Source of the DNA: a virus
Taxonomy: Duplodnaviria > Caudoviricetes
DNA: 64,000 nt
Strand: one strand, 5' to 3'
Virus record (IMG/VR): IMGVR_UViG_3300020434_000055
Part shown: positions 1 through 9,287 of the stretch, piece after piece
How positions within the stretch are numbered: the first letter of the stretch is position 1
Layout of the letters: every line of letters begins with the position of its first letter
Position numbers and translations under genes: made by a program
The notes under the pieces: generated by a model
Seen by the model: the letters and a program-made list of their open reading frames with translations, nothing else
Told to the model about the DNA's origin: nothing
The model's database searches: none

Positions 1-14
1 CCAAATCCGCAACC

Positions 15-114
15 TTCACAGCGAGCTCTCTACCATCTTCACAGCGAGTCCTTTGCTACACAGTAGTGCATATAGAGTATCGTGTTCTACCCAAGAGTTC
101 ACAGCGAGCTCTTG
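15..114. repeat. Three copies of the 11-mer TTCACAGCGAG in a non-coding region
   Basis: Copies at 15-25, 38-48 and 98-108; the third sits in the loop of a CAAGAG/CTCTTG stem (92-97/109-114). Confidence 0.85.
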
Positions 115-343
115 TGTGTATAGCACATATAGTATTAAACACAATCAAATTATAAGTCTCCTCTAAGGAAAGATTAGATAGAGTTAGATAGAGTATTAAT
201 AGTTAGACGTCAAGGCTAGAACGAAGTGAGCTAATCAAATCTAACATATCGCGACCGCGTGTGCTACGCACACAAGTGAATTTTCTGGCGCCGCCCTGCG
301 GGCGATTATTGACTCCTTCCTGGACTGCCATAAGTACTACTGT

Positions 344-496
344 ATGAAACACTTCGGTAGGCGTAACATATACATAGGAGTGGGACTGTTAACTGCACTC
401 GCTTTATTAATAAAGCCAACTTTGATTGCTTGGTTGCTAGTAGGGATTCCATTGTGTTTCATGATATGGGTGTACTGGAATATTTTTAGTCCATAG
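344..496 (+). CDS. Small membrane protein (50 aa), not in ORF track
   Basis: MKHFGRRNIYIGVGLLTALALLIKPTLIAWLLVGIPLCFMIWVYWNIFSP*; TAAGTA 7 nt upstream of ATG. Confidence 0.65.
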   Translation: MKHFGRRNIYIGVGLLTALALLIKPTLIAWLLVGIPLCFMIWVYWNIFSP

Positions 497-525
497 GGTT
501 TAAGAATAAGTTAAGTACACTTATT

Positions 526-1050
526 ATGATATTCATTCAACGTGATAACTTCTTTCCAGATATAGAGTATGTAAGAGATGAAGTGCTTAAGGTCTCTCTA
601 TTAAGCTGTGCCGATTACAATGCCAAATATAAACGAGAAGAGACGTGGCCTGGAATGCGTTCGTGGCTATTGTCAGAAGTTGCTCCAGAGCTTAATACCT
701 TAATTGATAATAACATTCAATCATTGCCTTGGTTTAAAGAATTAAAGTTCCATAAGTTTGTCCACTTTAGAGGGGCTGATTCATCAGTGTCACAAGTGCA
801 TAATGATAACGAACACTTGGCTGGACTCATATACATTAACCCAACCAATCCATCAAGTGGGACGTTGCTCCATGAGGCTGGGGGTGATGTTATTAATGAT
901 ATAAAGTATGTCCAGAATAGATTAGTAATATATTCAGGAGCCTATCCCCACAACAGCTACGGCCATTTCGGTAGCGACCCTGCAACAGGGAGACTTACTA
1001 TTAATTTGTTTTTAGATTTAGATCAAGTTAAAGAGCCGAACGCACAATAA
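526..1050 (+). CDS. 2OG-Fe(II) oxygenase-like protein
   Basis: HxD motif (QVHND), GLIYINP, GTLL, NRLVIY..YPH, RLTINLF double-stranded beta-helix pattern. Confidence 0.75.
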   Translation: MIFIQRDNFFPDIEYVRDEVLKVSLLSCADYNAKYKREETWPGMRSWLLSEVAPELNTLIDNNIQSLPWFKELKFHKFVHFRGADSSVSQVHNDNEHLAGLIYINPTNPSSGTLLHEAGGDVINDIKYVQNRLVIYSGAYPHNSYGHFGSDPATGRLTINLFLDLDQVKEPNAQ

Positions 1051-1143
1051 AATAAAAAACGCCTCCGACAACTGTACTCACAGCAATAACGCCTGCCACG
1101 TAATACAAAGAATTCAAATGCTTCTTCATTTATACGTACATTA

Positions 1144-1395
1144 TTGCATAAAGTAGCCATATTGTCAAGATGTATCACAGAGTGTATTCATAAACGATTA
1201 AATAACATTATGGAACTAGCAGAAGGAATAATGATGACGTATGCATTTGTAGTCCACTGGGTAGATGTATCCAGAGGAGTGTTCTACTCAGAAGGAATGC
1301 CGGACTTACAATCATGCATGACGTATCTTAACAACTTTGCTTATGATCCTAACCAAGTTAAATTAGAGTGTATTCAGATATATCCAGAACAGTAG
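1144..1395 (+). CDS. Hypothetical protein (true start probably downstream)
   Basis: ORF track; no motif recognised. Confidence 0.45.
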   Translation: MHKVAILSRCITECIHKRLNNIMELAEGIMMTYAFVVHWVDVSRGVFYSEGMPDLQSCMTYLNNFAYDPNQVKLECIQIYPEQ

Positions 1396-2057
1396 AGGGC
1401 AAGGTATTGGAAGTAGACGGTTGGAGAACGTTTAGGAAAGACATTTCATTAAGAGGTGCTAAAAAGTTTAGTGGGGGCAATATTTCAAACTATTCGCTTG
1501 ACCAAATTAATCAGGCTATAGAACTATGCACCCAGAAGCGGACTGCCGTTGATGTGGGGGCTCACATAGGCATCATCACAACGCAATTGTCTAAGGTCTT
1601 CAAGTATGTCCATGGCTTTGAAATTGACCATGACATTAGACCACACTTGATATACAATCTAATGAAGCATGGAGTTACCAATGTTACTATCCATGACACT
1701 GGCTTGGGCCAGACTAAAACGCAAGTTGATTTGCATAAAGACAATAAGTCTTTTTCAACTCATATAATACCCAACTCTGTTGGCAAGTATAAAATACAAC
1801 CTATGGATGACCTAGGATTACAAGATGTAGACTTTATTAAATTAGATTGTGAGGGCTATGAACCTTTAGTAATCAAAGGCGCCATGAAAACTATTATGAA
1901 ATTCAAACCTGTCATCTTATACGAGTGTAAAGACCACCCCAAACGATATGGGGAATCTTATCATAAAGATTCTGTCTTGGAACTTCTCAGCCCATATTAT
2001 CGTTTAGTCAAAAGAGTTGGTCGTGGAAGTAAGAATGCCATTATTGAATTTAAATAA
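1368..2057 (+). CDS. FkbM-family SAM-dependent methyltransferase
   Basis: AVDVGAHIG motif I, VHGFE, VDFIKLDCEGYEPLVIKGA, KPVILYE. Confidence 0.88.
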   Translation: MYSDISRTVEGKVLEVDGWRTFRKDISLRGAKKFSGGNISNYSLDQINQAIELCTQKRTAVDVGAHIGIITTQLSKVFKYVHGFEIDHDIRPHLIYNLMKHGVTNVTIHDTGLGQTKTQVDLHKDNKSFSTHIIPNSVGKYKIQPMDDLGLQDVDFIKLDCEGYEPLVIKGAMKTIMKFKPVILYECKDHPKRYGESYHKDSVLELLSPYYRLVKRVGRGSKNAIIEFK

Positions 2058-2121
2058 GATACTTTAAGTTATAGTTCAGTTTTTCTTTTCCTAAATTAAT
2101 TCTAAATAAAACATTGCACAT

Positions 2122-2304
2122 ATGAAATGGATTTTGTTAGTATATCTTTTTATCATTGGACCAACCGGTGGATGGGTTGAGATTCAACAGATTCCATACG
2201 ACAGTAAATTCGATTGTGTACAAGCAGAACAAAATTTTAACTCACATCCAAACAAACCAGACACACTTATATCAAAATGTAAGGAGTTCGATCAAGAAGT
2301 ATAG
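2122..2304 (+). CDS. Small secreted/membrane protein with two Cys
   Basis: Hydrophobic N-terminus, YDSKFDC...C. Confidence 0.7.
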   Translation: MKWILLVYLFIIGPTGGWVEIQQIPYDSKFDCVQAEQNFNSHPNKPDTLISKCKEFDQEV

Positions 2305-2307
2305 TAT

Positions 2308-2505
2308 ATGAAGTGGGCACTAGTAGTATATTTTTTAGTAAATGGTATGTGGCAATCCGCAGAGTCATTAAAGTATGACGGATGGTATCGTATGCATTTT
2401 GAAACACAAGAAATATGTGAGCAATATGCAAATAGATTTAATTCAACACCTGGTGACAAGATAAAAGGCGTTTGTGAATTATCATTGACAGACGAATTAA
2501 AATAA
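2308..2505 (+). CDS. Small secreted/membrane protein with two Cys (paralog of neighbour)
   Basis: MKWALVVYFLVNG..W, FETQEIC...C. Confidence 0.7.
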   Translation: MKWALVVYFLVNGMWQSAESLKYDGWYRMHFETQEICEQYANRFNSTPGDKIKGVCELSLTDELK

Positions 2506-2717
2506 TGTTCAAAGTTGTTGTTATCTTATGTGCATTAAATCTCGAATGTTATATGTTCGTTGAAAAGCCACCCAAGTTTTATGAAGATGTAGAAGAATGT
2601 TTAGTAGTTGCTAAACAAAAATACAATCAAATTGTTGTAGCTACTATGAATAATGGCTACACAATTGAAGATGCAAGGTACACTTGCGATTTAGTTAATT
2701 CGAATATTTCCAAATAA
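2505..2717 (+). CDS. Small secreted Cys-containing protein
   Basis: Hydrophobic N-terminus, C-x5-C, YEDVEEC...C. Confidence 0.7.
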   Translation: MFKVVVILCALNLECYMFVEKPPKFYEDVEECLVVAKQKYNQIVVATMNNGYTIEDARYTCDLVNSNISK

Positions 2718-2760
2718 CTTCCCCATTAACCAGATAAGTACTACTATAAGTACTAATAGT

Positions 2761-2952
2761 ATGTCATTTAGACGAGCAAATAAGCCAAGACCGTTTAATG
2801 TCGTAGGCAAAAAGCCAAAAGCATATAAAGGCTTTAGGATATTAAAAGATGGTCAAATGCAACATTGGGATAAACACGCCAATGGACATAATAAAGGTGG
2901 GTGGAGACCCAAAAGAAGCCAGATGAGTAGTACATGGAAGCCTGGCTCATAA
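2761..2952 (+). CDS. Small basic hypothetical protein
   Basis: K/R-rich; tandem TAAGTA at 2735 and 2747 upstream. Confidence 0.65.
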   Translation: MSFRRANKPRPFNVVGKKPKAYKGFRILKDGQMQHWDKHANGHNKGGWRPKRSQMSSTWKPGS

Positions 2953-3356
2953 AAGATATCGCAGTAATGAAAAATATGACAAAAAAGAAAGAAGAAAAAT
3001 CAGGGAGTTGGATAAGAGTAGATGAAATAAGACTACGTTCTATGGACTATAGGAACACCCGAATACTTCTTGAAACATTAGCGACATTAAAAAATACTGA
3101 GGTAGGATATTTAATAGATGATCTTAATGACCAATATGGAACAACATTTAGATACAACGACTATCTAAGAAATAAAGAACTACCAATGGACTTAAGAAAT
3201 GCGTGTCGTACTATGCACCAAACTTTAGGCAAACAAGAAGAAAAGATTATTGAAGAATGTTTAATTGAATCCAAAAAGTTATTTCCTTTCTTTGGTAAAT
3301 GTATCATGGTATTGATAGCATTTGTAGTAGTTGCTAATTGGTTACGAGGTTTTTAA
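2934..3356 (+). CDS. Hypothetical protein with C-terminal transmembrane helix
   Basis: ORF track; hydrophobic C-terminus. Confidence 0.65.
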   Translation: MEAWLIKDIAVMKNMTKKKEEKSGSWIRVDEIRLRSMDYRNTRILLETLATLKNTEVGYLIDDLNDQYGTTFRYNDYLRNKELPMDLRNACRTMHQTLGKQEEKIIEECLIESKKLFPFFGKCIMVLIAFVVVANWLRGF

Positions 3357-3357
3357 T

Positions 3358-3447
3358 ATGAAATTTTATATAACATCAGCGATTCTTTTAATTTTATTAA
3401 TAGCCTTCTTATATTCTTTATGGCTACAAGGAACACCAGTAGCATGA
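3358..3447 (+). CDS. Micro membrane peptide (29 aa), not in ORF track
   Basis: MKFYITSAILLILLIAFLYSLWLQGTPVA*; ATGA overlap with next gene. Confidence 0.55.
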   Translation: MKFYITSAILLILLIAFLYSLWLQGTPVA

Positions 3448-3608
3448 AACAAAACAACAATTATTTTAAAAATGGTAACAAACAACTTTTAAAAGAAGGC
3501 ATAGCAGTATTAGTTGTTATGTTATTCCTTGCTGGAGTAGGCTTTGGGTTAGCTTGGTATAAAGGACATACTATATGGCAACCTGATCCCATAGAAAAGG
3601 AATATTAA
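3444..3608 (+). CDS. Small membrane protein (start revised from 3420 to 3444)
   Basis: Single TM helix; ATGA coupling to upstream ORF. Confidence 0.6.
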   Translation: MKQNNNYFKNGNKQLLKEGIAVLVVMLFLAGVGFGLAWYKGHTIWQPDPIEKEY

Positions 3609-3769
3609 TGATCCATGACCTTACCTTGTTTACTGAAAGCCTTATACTTGGATCTTGGACGTTCGTAATAGGGGTAGGAATTATTATAGCAACAGTACTA
3701 TTACTATTCAAGTGGGTACCCAAGTGGAAAAAGCGAATAGATGACAAATTAGAAGACCTATGGAAATAA
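3608..3769 (+). CDS. Small membrane protein (53 aa), not in ORF track
   Basis: MIHDLTLFTESLILGSWTFVIGVGIIIATVLLLFKWVPKWKKRIDDKLEDLWK*; TAATG overlap. Confidence 0.6.
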   Translation: MIHDLTLFTESLILGSWTFVIGVGIIIATVLLLFKWVPKWKKRIDDKLEDLWK

Positions 3770-3794
3770 CAGTTCGATAATAAATACTCATATT

Positions 3795-4424
3795 ATGGCA
3801 ACACACGGAAAAGCAAAAGAACTTATACCTTTATTAGGTATTACTGACGCTAGTGGTCAATTGTTTGAAAACATTGACGAGATCGGTGATGACCTAGTTA
3901 TTACTTCAAGTAATGCTGGAGCAAAAACTCTTGACATTCAAGCTGAGAGTGATACTAAATCTCAAAAAGGTCCAAACATATGGCTATCAAGAACTAACTC
4001 TAATCCACAAAAAGGTGGATATGGTGGTGCTATATGGTGGTCAACAAATAATGACGCTGGTGAGATGGTAGACTATGCTAATATGAACTTGGTTATATCA
4101 GATGCTAAAGACGGAACAGAAGACGGTAAGCTGGCTATTAATTTAAGATCAAACGGATCACGAGAAACTATTTTAAAATTTGATGGTAATGGAATTGAAT
4201 TAGCAATAGACAAAAGTTTTTGTTGGCAAAATTCTGGATATAAAAAGACTTTCTTAAAAGCACAGGCGACAGCTAAAAGAACTATTAAACTTCCTGATTC
4301 AAGTGGAGATGTTCTTGTTAATGATAGTGGAGCAGTATTTCTAACTGACCTTCCAACATCAGACCCTAGTGTTGCAAATCAATTGTGGAACGATAGCGGT
4401 ACATTAAAAGTATCAGCAGGTTAA
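3795..4424 (+). CDS. Putative virion/tail-fibre-related protein
   Basis: Gly/Ser/Asn-rich beta-type sequence ending LPTSDPSVANQLWNDSGTLKVSAG, a terminal motif I recognise from marine phage fibre proteins; TAAATA upstream. Confidence 0.5.
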   Translation: MATHGKAKELIPLLGITDASGQLFENIDEIGDDLVITSSNAGAKTLDIQAESDTKSQKGPNIWLSRTNSNPQKGGYGGAIWWSTNNDAGEMVDYANMNLVISDAKDGTEDGKLAINLRSNGSRETILKFDGNGIELAIDKSFCWQNSGYKKTFLKAQATAKRTIKLPDSSGDVLVNDSGAVFLTDLPTSDPSVANQLWNDSGTLKVSAG

Positions 4425-4463
4425 TGGGCGAATAAATCGATCCGCCCACTAATAAAAGTTAAA

Positions 4464-5120
4464 CTACTTCTTTACTACGTCTCTTCCAGCATCTTTAAAT
4501 GCTTTCTGTACACCAGTACTAATTTTAACTCTCTTAGACAAATATCTAAGTAGTAATCCATAAGCTGGTAAGAATACAATCAGACCAACAAAGATTTTTA
4601 GTATAGTTTGAGAACCAGCAATTTCCATCCAGTTAGCCGCCATATATTCGTTAGCAGAACCAGAGAATGCTGTGAAGAAGAATGCATATGTATCAATTAT
4701 GTTTGCAAATACAGTAGAAACTGCAGGTGCTAACCACCAATAAGAATATTTCTCTCTTAAGTATTGAAACACATAAACATCTAACAACGTACCAATTGCA
4801 TACGCAGTCGCACTAGCAAAACCTATTCGTAATGCTACCGACTGTGGAGCACCTTCAGCCAACACAACAAGTATTGATGCGATAATGGCTAATGGGTACG
4901 CCGCTGTAATAGTTGAACGTGCGATATGCTTTCCTAAAATACGTACTGTCAAGTCTGTTGCCAATACTACTAATGGGAAAGTAAATGCCGCCCACGTTAA
5001 TTTCACTCCAAGTATCTCTACTGGAATTCCAACCAACGCATTAGAAACTGTAATAACTGCAACGTGCAGTAATACTAATTTCATCAGCATTTTTTTATCT
5101 ATATTTTTAAAATTAAACAT
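4464..5120 (-). CDS. yhhQ: Queuosine precursor (preQ0/preQ1) transporter, YhhQ/Vut_1 family
   Basis: SNALV..P....TWAAFTFP..LATDLTVR..G...AR, R+GFAS..AY..G.LLDVYVF, ST..ANIIDT..FF..AF. Confidence 0.88.
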   Translation of the reverse strand: MFNFKNIDKKMLMKLVLLHVAVITVSNALVGIPVEILGVKLTWAAFTFPLVVLATDLTVRILGKHIARSTITAAYPLAIIASILVVLAEGAPQSVALRIGFASATAYAIGTLLDVYVFQYLREKYSYWWLAPAVSTVFANIIDTYAFFFTAFSGSANEYMAANWMEIAGSQTILKIFVGLIVFLPAYGLLLRYLSKRVKISTGVQKAFKDAGRDVVKK

Positions 5121-5249
5121 TAATCCTCCTCTATAGAATTGTGATTAATCTTGCCCATTATAACATATATTTTGGCATACGTCTATACAAGAGTAAGTTG
5201 TATACACATATTTGCATAACAGAGTTGTGCTAAACGCATAAGTACTTTT

Positions 5250-5441
5250 ATGAGAGATAAAATACATTTGGTTAAACATTCAGAAGGCTTATCAAAAGAA
5301 GCCAAAGAAAAACTATTGTTTAGAACACAACGTCAACCTGTTGAAGCAGGGGCTAATGGCACACTTCATTACACAATCAAAAAAGGTGCAAATGAAGGTA
5401 AGATAGCCAAACTCAAAAAATTAAAGAAACTTTCCGACTAA
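5250..5441 (+). CDS. Hypothetical protein
   Basis: ORF track; TAAGTA 5 nt upstream. Confidence 0.6.
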   Translation: MRDKIHLVKHSEGLSKEAKEKLLFRTQRQPVEAGANGTLHYTIKKGANEGKIAKLKKLKKLSD

Positions 5442-6428
5442 TTTAGTAATTAAATTAATATGTGATGTACTAGTGTTTAAACAATGTACTAGTTTGAATT
5501 CCGTTCCGCCTGCGTTTCTAAAAATCTTCTGACCTTCATTACCAATTTCATCTATAGTTTCTAAACAATCTGCTGAAAAGCCAGGACAGACTACTAAAAT
5601 TTTGTGTGGACCTTCTGCAGGTAATTTTTTTAAAGTTTCATCTAAAGCTGGATCAAACCAATCCTTTTTACGTCCAAGTCTACTTTGAAATACTGTTTCT
5701 ATTGGAATGTTATAAGGTTTCATTTGTTCTCTAATAAGTCGTGTAGTTTTAATACATTGACAGTAATAAGGATCACCTTTATCTAAAGTAATTTTTGGAA
5801 CATTATGATAACTTAAAACAATAGTATCAGGAGTCCACTCTAGTCTTTCTATTTCACGTTCTAAAGAACCAACTATTGCTTTAATATAATCATCGTCATC
5901 AAAGTATCTTGGAATAATTTGAACTTGTGGTTGCCATCTTTCTTTCATTAAAACTCTAAAAACTTCATCAGAAACAGTTGCAGTAGTAGATGAACTATAC
6001 TGTGGGAACAAAGGTAGTACAGTTATTTGTTCACATCCTTTATCCTTTAAACTTTTAATACCATCTGCTATACTTGGACCACCAAAACGTAAAGCCCACT
6101 CTACATCAATACCTGGCATATCAAGTTCTTTATCTAATAATTCAGCTTGACGTTTAGTAGTTGTTCTTAAAGGTGATCCATCTTTAGTCCATATACGTTT
6201 ATATGCTTTTGAAATCTTACCAGGTCTAAAAATTAAAATATAAAAGTTAAGAATTAACCACCATAGTATTGGATTAATATCTACTATTCTAGGTTCACTT
6301 AAAAATTCTTTAAGAAAATGTCTTATTTCTTTCCATGACGTTCCACTTGGCGTACCAAGGTTTACTACTAGTATTCCTTTACGTCCATGAGGTATTTTAG
6401 GGTGGTCTTTATGAATCATCTCGACCAA
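5421..6428 (-). CDS. hemH: Ferrochelatase
   Basis: GILVVNLGTP, FLKEFLSEPRIV, GSPL, LPLFPQYSSSTT, SYH, PYYCQC, FQSRLG, PGFSADCLETIDEI. Confidence 0.95.
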   Translation of the reverse strand: MVEMIHKDHPKIPHGRKGILVVNLGTPSGTSWKEIRHFLKEFLSEPRIVDINPILWWLILNFYILIFRPGKISKAYKRIWTKDGSPLRTTTKRQAELLDKELDMPGIDVEWALRFGGPSIADGIKSLKDKGCEQITVLPLFPQYSSSTTATVSDEVFRVLMKERWQPQVQIIPRYFDDDDYIKAIVGSLEREIERLEWTPDTIVLSYHNVPKITLDKGDPYYCQCIKTTRLIREQMKPYNIPIETVFQSRLGRKKDWFDPALDETLKKLPAEGPHKILVVCPGFSADCLETIDEIGNEGQKIFRNAGGTEFKLVHCLNTSTSHINLITKLVGKFL

Positions 6429-7242
6429 TTCGACTTATAAGAGTTCGCATTTTACTATCTAATGGTTTTTCTTTAATTGGTAGATCCTTCCGTAATTCTT
6501 TTCTAACTCTTTTTGCTTCTGTAATATCATAATCATCTTCACCTTCAACAATCATTTGGGCATTAATATTAATTCTAATTCCTTGACCTATAAATGGATA
6601 AACACAATGCGGTGTATGACCAGGAAAAATAATTGCAGTTCCTGGATAAGGTCTATAATGATGCACTACTCCATTAGGCATTACTCCATCCCACCCACCG
6701 GTATACACTTCAGGAGGCGAAACCCCTTCCTTCATTTTAGGAGGTTCAACTAAAAGTTGAACAGGAGTAGCAAGGTAAGTTGTCATACTTAATTCTTCTC
6801 TATGTGAATGAACAGGAAGAAAATTACCTTCAGAGTGCCAATTTATCCAAGCCGCATTAACAAACATTTTATTATTAGGTTTAGAATCAGACCAGTAATC
6901 ATTTTTACGACCAAACATAAGTTCTTTATATTTTCCACCACAATAAGCTATAAAGTCTTTTCGTCCAGTCCATTCAACCATTGCTACGTTTCCTGTATCA
7001 GTTTTTCTTCTTACGCCATCTTCATCAGTATGATAAGGTTGTACTGGTTGAACTTTTGGAGATTGTCTTATCTCTATTGCTAATTGTAATAAATGGGCAG
7101 TCCATTCTCGAGTAAGTTGTACTTGAGCAAAAGGAGTATTAGGTATCATACGAACTTGTATATCTTCAAGTTTAAGACTATCACCATCTACATTTGGAAA
7201 ATCTCCAAATAAATTTTTGAAGTTATCATCTTTTTTAAGCAT
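6409..7242 (-). CDS. 2OG-Fe(II) oxygenase-like protein
   Basis: WINW....FLPVHSH..ELS..YL; PYPGTAIIFPGHTPHCVYPF; RININ. Confidence 0.75.
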   Translation of the reverse strand: MLKKDDNFKNLFGDFPNVDGDSLKLEDIQVRMIPNTPFAQVQLTREWTAHLLQLAIEIRQSPKVQPVQPYHTDEDGVRRKTDTGNVAMVEWTGRKDFIAYCGGKYKELMFGRKNDYWSDSKPNNKMFVNAAWINWHSEGNFLPVHSHREELSMTTYLATPVQLLVEPPKMKEGVSPPEVYTGGWDGVMPNGVVHHYRPYPGTAIIFPGHTPHCVYPFIGQGIRININAQMIVEGEDDYDITEAKRVRKELRKDLPIKEKPLDSKMRTLISRIGRDDS

Positions 7243-7957
7243 TCTTTCCCCAATTCTTTTTCGATTCTATCGCCCAGCCTGGTTTAACATCAGGCCAATC
7301 TAAACATTGAACAGTTGCTCCAAGAGCCCATCGCTCTCCTTCAAATTTAAAAGGATAGCTAGTGTGTAAAAGATTCGATGGAAGAATAACAATACGTCCA
7401 GGATTAGGCCTTAAAACTTCTGTAGCTTCAGGCAAACACAAATCTAATCCACCTTCCTTGGCTTCCTCTAGATAATAAGGCTTACCGTCTACCCATTTAA
7501 TTTTTTGGTCGGCCCCTAATCCTTTTGATTGATCTCGAAGTTCAGCAGGAGATTTTAAAAATATTATTACATGAAGATGTACATTTGGATCCTGTGCGTG
7601 ATGATGCATAGGTTGATATTCATGTTTTGATTGAACTGTTAACCATTGTTGATCAAACTTCACTCTAGTTATTGGCTTACCAACATCTCCACAATATTGT
7701 AAACAATAATCCATTAATTCAGGTATCCATTTAGTTGAGTTCCATTTCCAATACCAAGCTCTATTAGGATCTTGTTCACTCTTTTTTATTTTTTCATCTT
7801 CTGGTCGGCCAAATTGTCTAAGGATTCTAGCTTCTTCTAATAAACCTTCTAAATGTTCTTTTGATACTGTACCAACCGAAAAAGGAAAGTCTTTGTTTGT
7901 TTTAATCCCCGGTCCTTGTAAGGCAGTATGTCTAGCCTGTTCTTCAAAACTACTCAT
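7235..7957 (-). CDS. 2OG-Fe(II) oxygenase-like protein
   Basis: QWLTVQ..HEYQPMHHH; PNPGRIVILPSNLLHTSYPF; RWAL. Confidence 0.75.
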   Translation of the reverse strand: MSSFEEQARHTALQGPGIKTNKDFPFSVGTVSKEHLEGLLEEARILRQFGRPEDEKIKKSEQDPNRAWYWKWNSTKWIPELMDYCLQYCGDVGKPITRVKFDQQWLTVQSKHEYQPMHHHAQDPNVHLHVIIFLKSPAELRDQSKGLGADQKIKWVDGKPYYLEEAKEGGLDLCLPEATEVLRPNPGRIVILPSNLLHTSYPFKFEGERWALGATVQCLDWPDVKPGWAIESKKNWGKNA

Positions 7958-8189
7958 CTTCTTCTCTCGCTTTTCTTGAATATTCTTCTAATGCTTCTTC
8001 TTCCTCTTTCATTCTTCGTTCAAATTCTGCAAACTTATATTCATCAGTTTGTTCGTAAAGTTTAGTTTCCCACTTATATATTATATTTGTAAGACTTTGA
8101 AAATGAGGATTGGATTGAGCTACCAAATCATTCCTAACTTTTCTTATATCGTCCAATATTTGTTTTACAAAATAATATGACTCACTCAT
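7950..8189 (-). CDS. Hypothetical helical protein
   Basis: ORF track; overlaps both neighbours, consistent with an operon. Confidence 0.6.
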   Translation of the reverse strand: MSESYYFVKQILDDIRKVRNDLVAQSNPHFQSLTNIIYKWETKLYEQTDEYKFAEFERRMKEEEEALEEYSRKAREEDE

Positions 8190-8733
8190 AATCTTCCCAA
8201 CCTTCGCATTTGACTAATGCATTCATTGTCCATCGTTCTCCTTCACCTTTAAAAGCATATGTTGTTTGAAATATATTAGAACGCATAATAATCATTGTTC
8301 CAGGTCTTGGTGGAATATATTGTTGGCGTTGTGGTAATATCAAATCTACTCCTCCGGTTTTATCAACATAGTCAGTATCAGTCTCAGGTAACTTAATATG
8401 TTCTGGTAACTTTAGAAATACAATTATAAACAAATGATTTCCTTTGTCAACGTAATTGTTTACCGGCTTATATTCATGTTGTTTTTGGATATCCAACCAT
8501 TTATGTGTAATTTGGTTAGATGTTGCTGGTTTTAAAATTTCTTCTTGAAAATGTTTAACAGAATTAAGTAACAAATTATCGTGTGTTTGTCCTCCCCAAT
8601 TAAATGTACCCTTTGTTACTTTTGTCATAAACGCACCTTCCCTTGTAGGGTAACTAGACGTTAAATTAGTTGCTTCATGAAACATACTATCTTGAGCATC
8701 TTTATCTACGGCATAGCAAATATATTTTCTCAT
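8182..8733 (-). CDS. 2OG-Fe(II) oxygenase-fold protein lacking the iron ligands
   Basis: Aligns by eye to 7235-7957 but has KPVNNY for QPMHHH and IFQTTYAF for LLHTSYPF. Confidence 0.65.
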   Translation of the reverse strand: MRKYICYAVDKDAQDSMFHEATNLTSSYPTREGAFMTKVTKGTFNWGGQTHDNLLLNSVKHFQEEILKPATSNQITHKWLDIQKQHEYKPVNNYVDKGNHLFIIVFLKLPEHIKLPETDTDYVDKTGGVDLILPQRQQYIPPRPGTMIIMRSNIFQTTYAFKGEGERWTMNALVKCEGWEDYE

Positions 8734-9287
8734 TTAGCAATTTCCATATTATAGTTTAAAGTTCTTCTAATTCCTGGCCCATTAAATGGATATACGATAT
8801 GCATAGTTTGAGCAAGAAATATTAATCCTCGTCCTTCTATAGGCCTAAAGTGAAAGTTTTTCTTCTCTCTAGGAAATATTAAATCTACACCACCATCTTT
8901 ATTGTCTACGTCAGCAAGTTGTTTAGGAACATCTATATAAGTTATTCCACTTAAGAATCCATCGTGTTCATGTGCCGGAAGGTAATTTTTTTCTTGTTGT
9001 ATGTTAATCCAAGCCGATGTGATATTCATTTGTTCTGGCTCCTCAAACTTTAGTGCTTCATGCCACAGTTTACCTGCTTTATCTATCCAACCTTCTTGAT
9101 CTTTTATTTTATAATACTTGGCCCCACCATGTTCTATAAAACCCGATTTAGAAAGATTTATTCTCTCTGACTCTGGTGGTGTTTTCATGGCTTTAAAATG
9201 CTTTAGCCATTCATCATTAAATTCAATCTGAACGACTTTGAGTTCATGCCATACTTTAATAATTTTTATACCACCAGGATCAATCAT
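8730..9287 (-). CDS. 2OG-Fe(II) oxygenase-like protein
   Basis: SAWINIQ..KNYLPAHEHDGFLSGITYI; LIFLAQTMHIVYPF; RRTLNYN. Confidence 0.8.
   Translation of the reverse strand: MIDPGGIKIIKVWHELKVVQIEFNDEWLKHFKAMKTPPESERINLSKSGFIEHGGAKYYKIKDQEGWIDKAGKLWHEALKFEEPEQMNITSAWINIQQEKNYLPAHEHDGFLSGITYIDVPKQLADVDNKDGGVDLIFPREKKNFHFRPIEGRGLIFLAQTMHIVYPFNGPGIRRTLNYNMEIAK

Noticed and set aside
5121-5200. preQ1 riboswitch upstream of yhhQ
   Set aside because: No preQ1 aptamer stem or A-rich tail pattern; only an SD and a plausible sigma70 promoter.
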